From Candidatus Bathyarchaeia archaeon (GTDB lineage: Archaea > Thermoproteota > Bathyarchaeia > Bathyarchaeales > Bathycorpusculaceae): DNA of 64,000 nt. Of the stretch, positions 7,807 through 17,513 are shown piece after piece (position 1 is the stretch's first letter; each line of letters opens with the position of its first letter). The position numbers were made by a program, and so were the translations under genes. The notes under the pieces were generated by a model. The model was given only the letters and a program-made list of their open reading frames with translations, ran no database searches and was not told the DNA's origin. The stretch lies in contig JAVZLM010000008.1 in NCBI GenBank assembly GCA_038883775.1, positions 62,618 to 126,617 on the forward strand, given 5' to 3'.

Positions 7807-9330
7807 ATGCATGAAGTGCACGTTGACGGAGAAACCTTAACCATCGAAGACGTTGTAAAAGTTGCAAGAGAAAACGCAAAAGTCGTAATATTAGAAAAAG
7901 TAAAAGAGAAAGTGAAGAGAAGCCGAGAAGTTTTGGAAAAACTCGTCAAAGAAGGACAAATAATTTACGGCGTAAACACCGGCTTCGGCGCTTTAAGCAA
8001 CAAAATCATCACGCCCGAAGAAAACAGAAAACTGCAAACAAACCTCATCAGAAGCCACTCCACATGCGTTGGAAAAAACTTAAGCACAGAAATTGTCCGC
8101 GCCTTAATGCTTTTACGAGCGAATACGCTTGCTAAAGGATATTCTGGCATACGCTTAGAAACACTTGAAACCATAGTAGAAATGCTAAACAAGCGGGTAC
8201 ACCCAATAATCCCAGCAAAAGGCTCTGTTGGAGCAAGCGGCGACCTAGCCCCACTATCACACATGAGCTTGGTGCTTATAGGTGAAGGAAAAGCCGAATA
8301 CAAAGGCAAAACGATGAATGGAAAAGAGGCAATGGAAAAAGCCAACATAAAACCCATCCAACTAGAATTTAAAGAGGGCATAGCCCTAAACAACGGCACC
8401 CAACTAATGACAGCCATAGCTGCACTAACGGTTTATGACGCTGAAAACCTAATTAAAACAGCGGAAACTGCAGCAGCTTTAAGTCTCGAAGCATTGAATG
8501 GCGTTTCCGACGCCTTCCACGAAAAAATCCACAAAGTAAGACCACACAATGGACAAGCAATAACGGCAAAAAACATAAGAGAAATGATTATCGGAAGCCA
8601 ACTCGTCCAAACTGGAAAAGAAGCCTTTGAAAGGTTGAAGCATCCCCACGACCCCTACAGCCTAAGATGCATACCACAAATTTTGGGCGCCGCAAGAGAT
8701 GCCACCGCCTACGCAAGAAGGGTTGTGGAAATTGAAATCAACTCCGCCACAGACAATCCACTAATTTTTCCAGAAGAAGAACTCTGCCTTTCAGGAGGAA
8801 ACTTCCACGGGCAACCCATATCGCTTGCCATGGACATTCTCGGAATAGCCCTAACCATAATCGGCAACCTCTCAGAAAGAAGAACAGCAAGACTCCTCGA
8901 CGAAAAACTCAACAATGGCTTACCAGCCTTCTTAATCCCACCAGAGGCAAAAACAGGATTAAACAGTGGCTTAATGACCCTACAATATACAGCAGCCGCC
9001 CTAGCCTCAGAAAACAAGGTTTTAGCGCATCCAGCATGCGTAGACTCAATTCCAACATCAGCAAACTTCGAAGACTTCGTAAGCATGGGAACAACAGCAG
9101 CCCAAAAAGCCATGCAAATCCTAGAAAACACAGAGTATATAATAGCCATAGAACTTCTCTGCGCAGTCCAAGCAATAGACCTCCGAGGACCAGAAAAACT
9201 CGGAAAAGAAACCAAAAAAGCCTATTCAGCCATCAGAAAGATGGTGCCTATGCTTAAAGAAGATAGGGTATTAAGCGAAGACATAGAAAAAATTAAACGT
9301 GCTATGTATAATCTTTTAAGGCTTGAATAA
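7807..9330 (+). CDS. hutH: Histidine ammonia-lyase
   Basis: YGVNTGFG, MIO-forming GASGDLAPL, DPYSLRC, GGNFHG. Confidence 0.92.
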   Translation: MHEVHVDGETLTIEDVVKVARENAKVVILEKVKEKVKRSREVLEKLVKEGQIIYGVNTGFGALSNKIITPEENRKLQTNLIRSHSTCVGKNLSTEIVRALMLLRANTLAKGYSGIRLETLETIVEMLNKRVHPIIPAKGSVGASGDLAPLSHMSLVLIGEGKAEYKGKTMNGKEAMEKANIKPIQLEFKEGIALNNGTQLMTAIAALTVYDAENLIKTAETAAALSLEALNGVSDAFHEKIHKVRPHNGQAITAKNIREMIIGSQLVQTGKEAFERLKHPHDPYSLRCIPQILGAARDATAYARRVVEIEINSATDNPLIFPEEELCLSGGNFHGQPISLAMDILGIALTIIGNLSERRTARLLDEKLNNGLPAFLIPPEAKTGLNSGLMTLQYTAAALASENKVLAHPACVDSIPTSANFEDFVSMGTTAAQKAMQILENTEYIIAIELLCAVQAIDLRGPEKLGKETKKAYSAIRKMVPMLKEDRVLSEDIEKIKRAMYNLLRLE

Positions 9331-10240
9331 CTTTCTCGGCTACAGCAAAAGCAAGCCTTTTAAGGGTTTCCTCACAACTTGCCGCCAGATGCGGTGTAAG
9401 AATAACATTATCAAGCCTTGTTAAAGGATTATCTGAACTTAAAGGCTCAGATTCAAAAACATCCAAGGCTGCCCCAGCCACTTTCCCAGAAACCAAAGCC
9501 TCATACAATGCTTTTTCGTCTATAACAGCGCCCCTAGCCGTGTTAACAATAAAAAGGCCACGCTTCATTAATGCGAACTCCTTAAAGGAAATCATATGAT
9601 GAGTTTCAGAGGTTAAGGGAACATGAATAGATATTATGTCAGACTCCGCTAAAAGTTCATTAAAAGTGACATATTTCACTCCAAGCTGCTTTTCAAGTTC
9701 GATGCTTCTCTGTCGCTGATAATAAATTAAGTTAACGTTAAAACCGCAAAGCCTTTTTGCAACGGCGCTTCCAATCCGTCCAAGCCCTAGGATCCCCACA
9801 GTCTTACCCATAAGCTCAGCACCCACCAAACAACCGTATTTCTTATTCCACTCGCCTTTCCTAACTGCATCATCAGCCAATGATATCTTCCGCAAAAGAG
9901 CTAACATAAGCCCAACAGTGAATTCAGCTACGCTATCAGTTAATGCCTCTGGAGTTCGAACTATACGGATACCCTTTTTCTCTGCAAAATCCACATCAAT
10001 ATGGTCTATGCCTACACCATGCACACCAATAACCTTAAGCTTCTCGGAAACCTCCAAAACTTTTCTTGGAATTTTTATGAAACCCCTCGAGATAAAGGCG
10101 TCAGCCTCCCTACAAAACTTTAAAATATCCGTCCAAGTAGCATTAGGACCAAGTTGAATTACTTTTCCATATTTTTCTAAAACCTCTATTCCATAAGAGT
10201 TAATGGGCTCTATTACAAGAAATATGAAACTTTTACCCAT
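9302..10240 (-). CDS. D-isomer-specific 2-hydroxyacid dehydrogenase (SerA/glyoxylate reductase family)
   Basis: GLGRIG Rossmann motif, NTARG, LDVFESEP, TPHLA. Confidence 0.9.
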   Translation of the reverse strand: MGKSFIFLVIEPINSYGIEVLEKYGKVIQLGPNATWTDILKFCREADAFISRGFIKIPRKVLEVSEKLKVIGVHGVGIDHIDVDFAEKKGIRIVRTPEALTDSVAEFTVGLMLALLRKISLADDAVRKGEWNKKYGCLVGAELMGKTVGILGLGRIGSAVAKRLCGFNVNLIYYQRQRSIELEKQLGVKYVTFNELLAESDIISIHVPLTSETHHMISFKEFALMKRGLFIVNTARGAVIDEKALYEALVSGKVAGAALDVFESEPLSSDNPLTRLDNVILTPHLAASCEETLKRLAFAVAEKVIQALKDYT

Positions 10241-10301
10241 AACCCTCCACCTTCAATAACATACATAAAATAGTGTCCAAGCTAAATTTATGATGCTTTA
10301 G

Positions 10302-10434
10302 TCGGGCGGGCAGGATTTGAACCTGCGACACTCCGGTTTCCGCTTTGCGCTTGTGCGCTTGGTAGGCTGAAATGGGCACCCACCATGGGTGGATGTCTAC
10401 AGCCGGAAGCTCTACCAAGCTGAGCTACCGCCCG
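10302..10434 (-). tRNA. tRNA-Tyr(GTA) with 59-nt intron at 37/38 (10338-10396)
   Basis: C1:G72 and A73, stem TCCGG/CCGGA, loop CT-GTA-G|A, GGTTCAAATCC T arm, BHB central helix CUGU/GCGG. Confidence 0.93.
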
Positions 10435-10487
10435 AACCAAAATTTCTAAAATAAGAAGATTAGATTTATCCTTTTCGTAGTTTAACT

Positions 10488-10691
10488 TCACTTAGCCTTT
10501 CTGTATGATTTAAGCCAAAGGGCTCCCCAAATTATGGCAAAGGCTATCGTTGTCCAAAATAGGAATATCAACATTTTAACAGCGCTTGAAGCCATCTCCT
10601 CAAACATTTTCCAAGCCTTCTCACTTAACACTTTGCCCTTAAAGGTTAAAAACAAAGTTTCAACCTTCGAAATAAGCACATTAACAACCAT
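10488..10691 (-). CDS. Small membrane protein
   Basis: One hydrophobic segment followed by basic tail; start uncertain. Confidence 0.4.
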   Translation of the reverse strand: MVVNVLISKVETLFLTFKGKVLSEKAWKMFEEMASSAVKMLIFLFWTTIAFAIIWGALWLKSYRKAK

Positions 10692-10790
10692 ATTTTAAAT
10701 GAGGATATATGCCAACATGAATAGCAAGCGTTTTATAAACAAAACGCTTATAAAATTTCAACCGAACTGAGAGAAAGGAGAAGGCTTCCA

Positions 10791-12695
10791 TCACACTTTT
10801 CTGATTTTACGCAAATCATAACAATAATACCAAGCAGTCCAACCAGAACGAAAAGCCTCTTCACCTTTCTTTCTTCTCCTAAGATAAAGCCAAATCAGCA
10901 ATGGTAGAATTACCAAAACCAAAAGAGATAGCAAAACTAAAAAGAACCACCAAGGAAGAACCCAACCAGCCGTAGTAGAAACAAACACAGCTTTTAAATT
11001 GTGATTTTGATTCATCAAAACCGAAAATGGATTGGTCGAACCAACATTTACGCCATCCAATTCCCAATGATCAAAAGTATAATTTTCACTCGGAATAGCC
11101 CTAACTTGAACTGTTTGACCAGCAGAGTAAGTGTATGTTCCAGGGGCAGGATTTGTTGTTCCGCCAACAGTAGCTGTTATTGTAAGCGTGTATATCACTA
11201 TTTGTAAATAGTGCGCCGTTAAATTATGTGGAGCCGCCATATGAACCGTGATTGAATTGACCGCAATAGCTTGGACAACACCATCAACTTCCCAAAATTG
11301 AAAACTGTATCCTGAAACCATTGGAGCAGTTACCGTTACGCTCGATGATTCATCATACCAGCCTTCTCCGGAAATAGTGGCAATACCAAAGGGATCGGTT
11401 CTAATAGCCAAATAATGTTGAGTTTTCCAGTTTGCAATCGCGTTTTTAGGACCATCCATAACTATAGGATTACTTTGTGCATAATTCGTCCCAGAAGCAT
11501 TTCCATTCCAGCATATAAATACTCGCCTCGTTCCATTTTTATGATCTAAAATTTCAATGTTCAATCTTGCGTATGTTGTAGACCCAGCATCATACCATCC
11601 TGCACCCTCTGGAGAACCGTATGGAGAATCTACAATTAAATAGTATTGGAGTATGTAGTGCGCCGTTGCTGTATGATTTGCGTTCATAAAAACATTAATT
11701 GAATGAACCCCAAAAACTTGAGAGATACCATCAACATCCCAATAAGCAAATTTATAACGAATACCAAATGAAACTAATACGATATCTGGTGCTGTCAAGC
11801 TAACGGTGGTGCCTTCTCCATACCATCCCTCACCAAAAATCGTCACAACATTAGAAGGAATAGTTCTAACGTCTAGAAAGTAAAGCTGTCCGATTATAAT
11901 AAAACTTTTTAAAACTTCGGGACAATATGGAACACCGCCAAGTTCGGGAAGTGCAGTGTAAGCACAAGCATAAACAGTAGCGCTTCCTACGTATGCAGTT
12001 TTTGGTAAATATAAGAAAACGTTAGCATATGCTAAAGTTTCATTTGGTGGCACCGAAAAATTCTGTAACTTCACTGCATTTACGCATACATTTAGGTTGT
12101 CGTAAACTGCTATAACTAACATGGCTGTTTTCTCAGTCATTGCAATACTTCGCAGTGCAATATTCACTCCCAAAATACTCCCTCTTGTAAAACTTTCCTG
12201 TTCGAGATAAGCCTCATTTATAGTTCTCAATGACTCTATTTTTACAATCCATCCAACCTTAAAGACTACAGAATCTTGGACGATGACATCCCCGATTCTA
12301 ACACTACCAATAACTGTCCAATCGCCAAATGTAGTTTCATTCAAAAGCGCTATACGGAAACTTATCTTTGCAAGACCATCTTCATTAGTTAATGCGCTTC
12401 TAACGAAAGTTATGTTTTCAATAGGGTTATGTGGACCTATTATTTGAAAAGCAACGAGAAGATTACTTACAGGGTACTCATTATAAGTAGTTAATGCATA
12501 AACTTGAACTTCCTCTCCAAGGCCAAAGGCATCGCTTCGTGTATTTGGTCCCTTTCCACTGTAAGGCTCTTTTTGTGTAAAGAGGTCTATTTTTCCACCA
12601 GAGCTTTCTGGAAAAGCAATTTTCATGTTTGGCAATGACAAACTAAGGATGATTATTGTTAGCATTAAAGCTAACTTTTTTAGTTTAGCCTTCAT
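10791..12695 (-). CDS. Secreted, C-terminally anchored surface protein with repeated beta-sandwich (InlB B-repeat-like) domains
   Basis: Signal-like N-terminus, repeated G-x-GWY...F-x-x-W-x-x-DG units, C-terminal TM helix plus RRRKK. Confidence 0.8.
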   Translation of the reverse strand: MKAKLKKLALMLTIIILSLSLPNMKIAFPESSGGKIDLFTQKEPYSGKGPNTRSDAFGLGEEVQVYALTTYNEYPVSNLLVAFQIIGPHNPIENITFVRSALTNEDGLAKISFRIALLNETTFGDWTVIGSVRIGDVIVQDSVVFKVGWIVKIESLRTINEAYLEQESFTRGSILGVNIALRSIAMTEKTAMLVIAVYDNLNVCVNAVKLQNFSVPPNETLAYANVFLYLPKTAYVGSATVYACAYTALPELGGVPYCPEVLKSFIIIGQLYFLDVRTIPSNVVTIFGEGWYGEGTTVSLTAPDIVLVSFGIRYKFAYWDVDGISQVFGVHSINVFMNANHTATAHYILQYYLIVDSPYGSPEGAGWYDAGSTTYARLNIEILDHKNGTRRVFICWNGNASGTNYAQSNPIVMDGPKNAIANWKTQHYLAIRTDPFGIATISGEGWYDESSSVTVTAPMVSGYSFQFWEVDGVVQAIAVNSITVHMAAPHNLTAHYLQIVIYTLTITATVGGTTNPAPGTYTYSAGQTVQVRAIPSENYTFDHWELDGVNVGSTNPFSVLMNQNHNLKAVFVSTTAGWVLPWWFFLVLLSLLVLVILPLLIWLYLRRRKKGEEAFRSGWTAWYYCYDLRKIRKV

Positions 12696-12831
12696 TGTTA
12701 TCAAGCGTTTATTAAATGCTGAATTCTTTAACAAATATTCCGTAATCATGAATATTACTATAAAGGATGCGTTTTTAGGCATTCAATCTTATGTTGTTTA
12801 TAAGAAAATGTTAAAGAAAATTGAAGGTGTT

Positions 12832-12928
12832 TGGCGGGCCCGACGGGAATTGAACCCGTGACCCCCGGGTTTCTCTGCGTTTTTTGGCTTAAAAGCCCGG
12901 TGCTCTATCCTTACTGAGCTACGGGCCC
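12832..12928 (-). tRNA. tRNA-Lys(TTT) with 19-nt intron at 37/38 (12871-12889), CCA encoded
   Basis: GGGCCCG/CGGGCCC acceptor, CCGGG-CT-TTT-A|A-CCCGG, BHB helix CUUU/AGAG. Confidence 0.93.
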
Positions 12929-13003
12929 TTTTAGGCTTTCGCTTTTAGAAGATTTGTGAGGGTGTTTTTTAGGGTTTCGATTTGTTTTGCATTTTAAAAA
13001 GGT

Positions 13004-13375
13004 TTAGGTGCTGGATTGTACTTTTAGGAGGCCTGTTATGAAATTTTTTATTTTGTCGTTGGCGCTTAGTATTGTTTCTATTGTTTTTTTGCCTTTTTCT
13101 GTTAGTTGGTAGACTCTTTTTCTTTCGTTCCATGTTCCTTCTATTAGGCCGTTTCTTTCCAGTGAGTATAGGAGGGAGTAGACTGTTCCTGAGCTTACGA
13201 GGAGGTGGAATTTGTTGTGGATGAAGGAGATTACATCGTAGCCGCTTAGGGGTCCGTTTCTTAGTTCTGCCAATATTATTATGTCCATGAAGTTTTTGAT
13301 TATGCGCTCGTGCATTTTCTTTAATATTTTTCCTTCCAATCTTTCACCGCCAACAATTATTGTGAGCGCCGTCAT
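13004..13375 (-). CDS. PadR family transcriptional regulator
   Basis: GYDVI...SSGTVYSLLYSLERNGLI...YQLTEKG. Confidence 0.9.
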   Translation of the reverse strand: MTALTIIVGGERLEGKILKKMHERIIKNFMDIIILAELRNGPLSGYDVISFIHNKFHLLVSSGTVYSLLYSLERNGLIEGTWNERKRVYQLTEKGKKTIETILSANDKIKNFITGLLKVQSST

Positions 13376-13425
13376 GTTTGTTCACATTTTAAGATTTTAG
13401 GTTAGATATAAATATTTAAATTTTA

Positions 13426-13444
13426 TTCTAATTCTGAATTAGAA
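13426..13444. promoter_or_regulatory. Inverted repeat TTCTAATTC-T-GAATTAGAA, candidate operator
   Basis: Perfect 9-bp arms in the divergent PadR/CdvA-like intergenic region. Confidence 0.45.
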
Positions 13445-13699
13445 GTTGAAACAGATTACGACAAGTATAAACTTCTCAACCTTCATAAAACTTCACACAA
13501 TAATTCCTTTACAAAATGTTTATGACGAATTAAATGTTTCAACGTTTAGTTATATAAGAAGTTGACAACATTTCCAAATTTTAAAGATAATTTCTCATTT
13601 TAAAGCCAAAAGCCTATACTTTTAACAGTCTGAAATATATCTGCATGTTAAAAAGTGTTATTTCTTTTTTAAAGGCATAAAAATGGACGGTGTCAATAA

Positions 13700-14281
13700 T
13701 TGATTTCGTGGAAGCACTCTTTTAGAAGATTAAACGAAGAATACGAAATAGCAAAGAAAAAGAAGCAAGCTTTGGACAATTTGTTGGAAAATGGCAGAAT
13801 TTCGCAGCCGACGCATGAAATGTTTGATAAGGAAATTGCTGAGGCTATTGCGGAAATTGAGAGGCAGAAGAGGGATTTGCTGGAGAAAATGAATTCAAAG
13901 ATTAGGGAACTTGAAAGCCAAATTAAAACCTTGGAGGTTTTGGTTGCAAACTACGAGATTCAACATGTCACAGGCGAAGTGGAAGAGGAAGTGTATCAGC
14001 GAGAGATTAACCTTTTATCGGTTGGGCTTGATACTGCAAGGAAGGAGTTGGATGCCATTAAAGAAGCATTTAACCAGCTTTCAGGCAATACGCAAATCCC
14101 AACAGCAGCCGAAGTTGTTCCGCCGCAAGAAATTCAACCGCAAATACAAGAGACTGAAGTTGGCGTAGCCAAAGTGGAAGTTGTAGAAGTTAAGGAGGCA
14201 ATTCCTCAGACTTCGCAGGAGCAGATTCAAGAGAATCCACAAGTAACAGAAACGCCACCAACGGAAAAGACGGAAAGCTAA
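13700..14281 (+). CDS. CdvA-like coiled-coil protein
   Basis: KKQALDNLLENGRIS...YEIQHVTGEVEEEVY parallels the coiled-coil region of CdvA at 43580-44311; acidic, low-complexity tail. Confidence 0.75.
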   Translation: MISWKHSFRRLNEEYEIAKKKKQALDNLLENGRISQPTHEMFDKEIAEAIAEIERQKRDLLEKMNSKIRELESQIKTLEVLVANYEIQHVTGEVEEEVYQREINLLSVGLDTARKELDAIKEAFNQLSGNTQIPTAAEVVPPQEIQPQIQETEVGVAKVEVVEVKEAIPQTSQEQIQENPQVTETPPTEKTES

Positions 14282-14355
14282 AGAATCACAATATTTTCCT
14301 CTTTTTCTGTTTACAAACTCTTATAATAAACATTTCTTACCTTCTTTGAGGAGAA

Positions 14356-15435
14356 ATGCAAATGTCTGAAAAGGTTATTATGACTTTCCATGAAAAGTTT
14401 AGGCAATATGACTTAGGCGAAGGACACCCCTTCAGAGGAGACAGATTCATAAATGCCATAAAGTTTTTCGAAACTCAAGGAGTATTCAGCCTTCCTAAAA
14501 TTGCGCTAGTTGAACCGCAACAAGCGTCAAGGGAAGACTTGCTAAGGGTTCATGATGAAAGTTATGTTGATTTAATTTTCCGCTTAGCGAAAGAAGGAAA
14601 ACCTTATGATATGGAGACTCCTGTTTCTCAAGAAATTCTTGAGGCTGCACTTTTAATTGTTGGCGGCGCAATAGAATGTGGTAGAGCAGTTTTTGATGGA
14701 AAGGCGAGAAGGGCAATTTCTATTGGTGGAGGTTATCATCATGCTGGAAGAAACCATGGCGGCGGATTCTGCTTATTTAATGACATAGCCATTTTGGTTG
14801 AGTATTTACGAATTGAATATGGCGTCAAACGTTTTCTTGTTTTGGATTATGATGTCCACTTTGGGAATGGCACAAGCGACATTTACTATCGAGACCCAAG
14901 CGTGCTCTACATATCATTACATCAAGACCCACGCACAATTTATCCTGGAACTGGATTTGTTTGGCAAATCGGCGAAGAAGCAGGGGAAGGCTACAATGTT
15001 AACGTGCCCTTGCCTCCGGGAACAAGTGATGAAACGTATCTTTATACTTTAAGCGAAATTTTTGTCCCTTTAGCTGAAGAGTTTAAGCCCGAAATAATTA
15101 TTGCCAATGGCGGAAGCGACCCTCATTTTGCGGACATGCTCGGCGATTTAAGTTTAACCGTTAAAGGCTTTTTCGAGATTGCCAGTTTAATTCGCGAAAG
15201 TGCTGAAAAAGTTTGTAATGGAAAGCTTGTTTTGATGCCTGGAAGCGGATACAACCCAAAGGTTTTGCCCCTTTGCTGGTATGCGCTTATTGCTGGAATA
15301 GTTGGCTTAGAAGAAATAAACATTAAAGACCCTTACAATCCGCCAGAAGAACCACCATATTGCCGAAAGAAAGCTGAGGACACAATTGGAGAGCTAAAAA
15401 GTTTGTTGAAGAAAAAGTGGACATGCTTTAGATAA
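14356..15435 (+). CDS. Zn-dependent deacetylase (histone deacetylase/AcuC family)
   Basis: GGYHHAG, GFC, DYDVHFGNGT, SLHQ, GSDPH motifs. Confidence 0.92.
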   Translation: MQMSEKVIMTFHEKFRQYDLGEGHPFRGDRFINAIKFFETQGVFSLPKIALVEPQQASREDLLRVHDESYVDLIFRLAKEGKPYDMETPVSQEILEAALLIVGGAIECGRAVFDGKARRAISIGGGYHHAGRNHGGGFCLFNDIAILVEYLRIEYGVKRFLVLDYDVHFGNGTSDIYYRDPSVLYISLHQDPRTIYPGTGFVWQIGEEAGEGYNVNVPLPPGTSDETYLYTLSEIFVPLAEEFKPEIIIANGGSDPHFADMLGDLSLTVKGFFEIASLIRESAEKVCNGKLVLMPGSGYNPKVLPLCWYALIAGIVGLEEINIKDPYNPPEEPPYCRKKAEDTIGELKSLLKKKWTCFR

Positions 15436-15437
15436 AG

Positions 15438-15788
15438 CTAAACTTTTCTTTCAATTGGTTTTGCGATTACTGCTGTTCCGTATGCTGCGAAGACTGTAGC
15501 TGTTCCTTGGAGTACGTCGCTAGTTTCAAAATCTACGCCAATAACAGCGTTTGCACCTATTCTTTTGGCATTTTCAACCAGCCTATTCAAAGATTCTTTT
15601 CTAGCTTTTTCGCATTCTGAAGTGTAAGCTGTTACTTCCCCTCCAAAAATTCCTTCAATGCCAGCAACTATTTTTCCGCCAACTCCTCTGGTGCGTACCG
15701 TCAATCCATGAATGGTGCCTAAAACCTTCACTATCTCGTATCCTGGCAGTTCGGGTGTTGTTACGACAATTATTTCTTTTTCACTCAT
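15438..15788 (-). CDS. YbjQ/UPF0145 family protein
   Basis: GGEVTAYT...GANAVIGV...AYGTAV. Confidence 0.9.
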   Translation of the reverse strand: MSEKEIIVVTTPELPGYEIVKVLGTIHGLTVRTRGVGGKIVAGIEGIFGGEVTAYTSECEKARKESLNRLVENAKRIGANAVIGVDFETSDVLQGTATVFAAYGTAVIAKPIERKV

Positions 15789-15870
15789 TTTAGTTTTAAC
15801 CCAGAGAACTTTAATACTTAAAACTATTTAATTTGATTTCTCATCAGCATAAGCATAAGGAGTAAAAATT

Positions 15871-16995
15871 ATGGAAAATATTGATAGGATTCGTGAATTG
15901 TTTCCAGTGACCAAGAATAAGGTTTTCCTAAATCATGCTGCCCAATCGCCTCTTCCAAAACCAGTTGCTGATGCTGTTTGTAGGTATGCTGAAGATTTCT
16001 CGAATTTCGGAGACACTTCGATTGAATGGAGCGATGGCGGAAAACCATTATTTGCAAAATTGATTGGCGCGAAAACGGAAGAAATAGCTTTTATTGAGAA
16101 CACTTCTGTGGGCGTGAATATTGCCGCTAATGTGCTTCATTATTCGCCTGGGTCAAAAATTGTCACAACAGATTTGGAGTATCCTTCAGTAGTTTATCCT
16201 TGGCTTCGCAGAGGCTTAGGCGTGAAAGTGCATTACGTTAAAAATGTTAATGGCAAAATTTTGCTTGATGATGTGGAGAAGGCTGTTGACGACAAGACGG
16301 TGGCGGTTGCAGTGAGCCACGTTGAATACGTTAATGGTTTTCGAAATGATTTGCGAGCCATAAGCGAAATAGCCCACAAACATGGGGCTTACCTAATTGT
16401 TGATGCAATACAATCCGCTGGAGCCATACCAATAGACGTTAAAAGAGATGATGTGGATTTTTTGGCAACAGCATGCTACAAATGGCTTTTAAGCCCGCCC
16501 GGGGCTGGCTATCTATACGTGAAAGATGAGCTTATTGAAAGGTTTGAGCCGCCCTTTGTTGGTTGGGCAAGCGTGAAGCCAGAAGTATTTGAGACAATAG
16601 ATTTTTGGGACATTTGGAGTTTGAGGCTTTCGGAAACGGCAAGCCGCTTTGAAGTTGGCTCACCAAGTTTCATAAGTTTAGTAGGCGCCGCAGAAGCACT
16701 GAAATTGCTGTTGAATTTTGGCATAGAAAACATTGAAAAGAGAATACTTAAACTGACGGATTATTTGATAGAGGTCATAAAAAGTTTAGGGTTGGAACTT
16801 TTCACTCCAGAAGAGCGACAACATCGTTCTGGCATAGTCTTGTTTAAAATACACAAACCGCAAGAATTCGTTGCCAAACTGCGCCAAAAAGGGATTGTTG
16901 TTTCTGCCAGAGCTCATGGAATAAGGGTTTCGCCCCACTTTTACAATACTGAAGACGAAATTGATAAGTTGATTGAAGAAATCAAGAAATTGTAA
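15871..16995 (+). CDS. Class V PLP-dependent aminotransferase (cysteine desulfurase-like)
   Basis: FLNHAAQSP, VDAIQSAG, CYKWLLSPPGAG, IRVSPHFYN. Confidence 0.9.
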   Translation: MENIDRIRELFPVTKNKVFLNHAAQSPLPKPVADAVCRYAEDFSNFGDTSIEWSDGGKPLFAKLIGAKTEEIAFIENTSVGVNIAANVLHYSPGSKIVTTDLEYPSVVYPWLRRGLGVKVHYVKNVNGKILLDDVEKAVDDKTVAVAVSHVEYVNGFRNDLRAISEIAHKHGAYLIVDAIQSAGAIPIDVKRDDVDFLATACYKWLLSPPGAGYLYVKDELIERFEPPFVGWASVKPEVFETIDFWDIWSLRLSETASRFEVGSPSFISLVGAAEALKLLLNFGIENIEKRILKLTDYLIEVIKSLGLELFTPEERQHRSGIVLFKIHKPQEFVAKLRQKGIVVSARAHGIRVSPHFYNTEDEIDKLIEEIKKL

Positions 16996-17015
16996 GCGTG
17001 TGAAAACAGAAAAGG

Positions 17016-17507
17016 ATGTTTTTGATGCTTAGGATAGAGAAGGTGGATGAAAGCAACAAACAACAGCTTATAAATTTTCTAAAACTGGACGTTATAAAGC
17101 ATGTTTTTGCAGTATATGACCTTCAACATGATCCAAACCACACAGTTATATGTGCAGCCCTTGAAAATGGAAATCTGAAGGGATATATCCTAACTTACAC
17201 GGCGCTGCAGTTTCCAACCTATGGAGTTTTCATAAAAGACGAATTGGTCTCATATGCAAGCTCTTTTCTGCAGCTTCCACAAGTTTGGATGATGGGTGGA
17301 GTTTACACTCATCCAAATCATAGGAATAAAGGATATGCAACATTAGCCACATCTGCAGTAACGGAAGAAGCATTAAAAAATGCTGATTCGGCCGCCCTAT
17401 TTGTGAGGGCAGATAATTATGCAGCCATTAAAGTTTATGAGAAAATTGGTTATAGAAAAATAGGCGAAAAACTTTGGGTTGACGTGGGAACTGGACTGAA
17501 GCCCTAA
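17016..17507 (+). CDS. GNAT family acetyltransferase (possibly internally shortened)
   Basis: VYTHPNHRNKGYA and NYAAIKVYEKIGY motifs. Confidence 0.8.
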   Translation: MFLMLRIEKVDESNKQQLINFLKLDVIKHVFAVYDLQHDPNHTVICAALENGNLKGYILTYTALQFPTYGVFIKDELVSYASSFLQLPQVWMMGGVYTHPNHRNKGYATLATSAVTEEALKNADSAALFVRADNYAAIKVYEKIGYRKIGEKLWVDVGTGLKP

Positions 17508-17513
17508 AAGGCG

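Noticed and set aside
10233-10491. Short ORFs 10233-10418 and 10288-10491
   Set aside because: They overlap the tRNA-Tyr gene and are translations of it.
13376-13699. Chromosomal replication origin in the AT-rich gap
   Set aside because: No ORB-like repeats with G-strings and no adjacent orc1/cdc6 gene.
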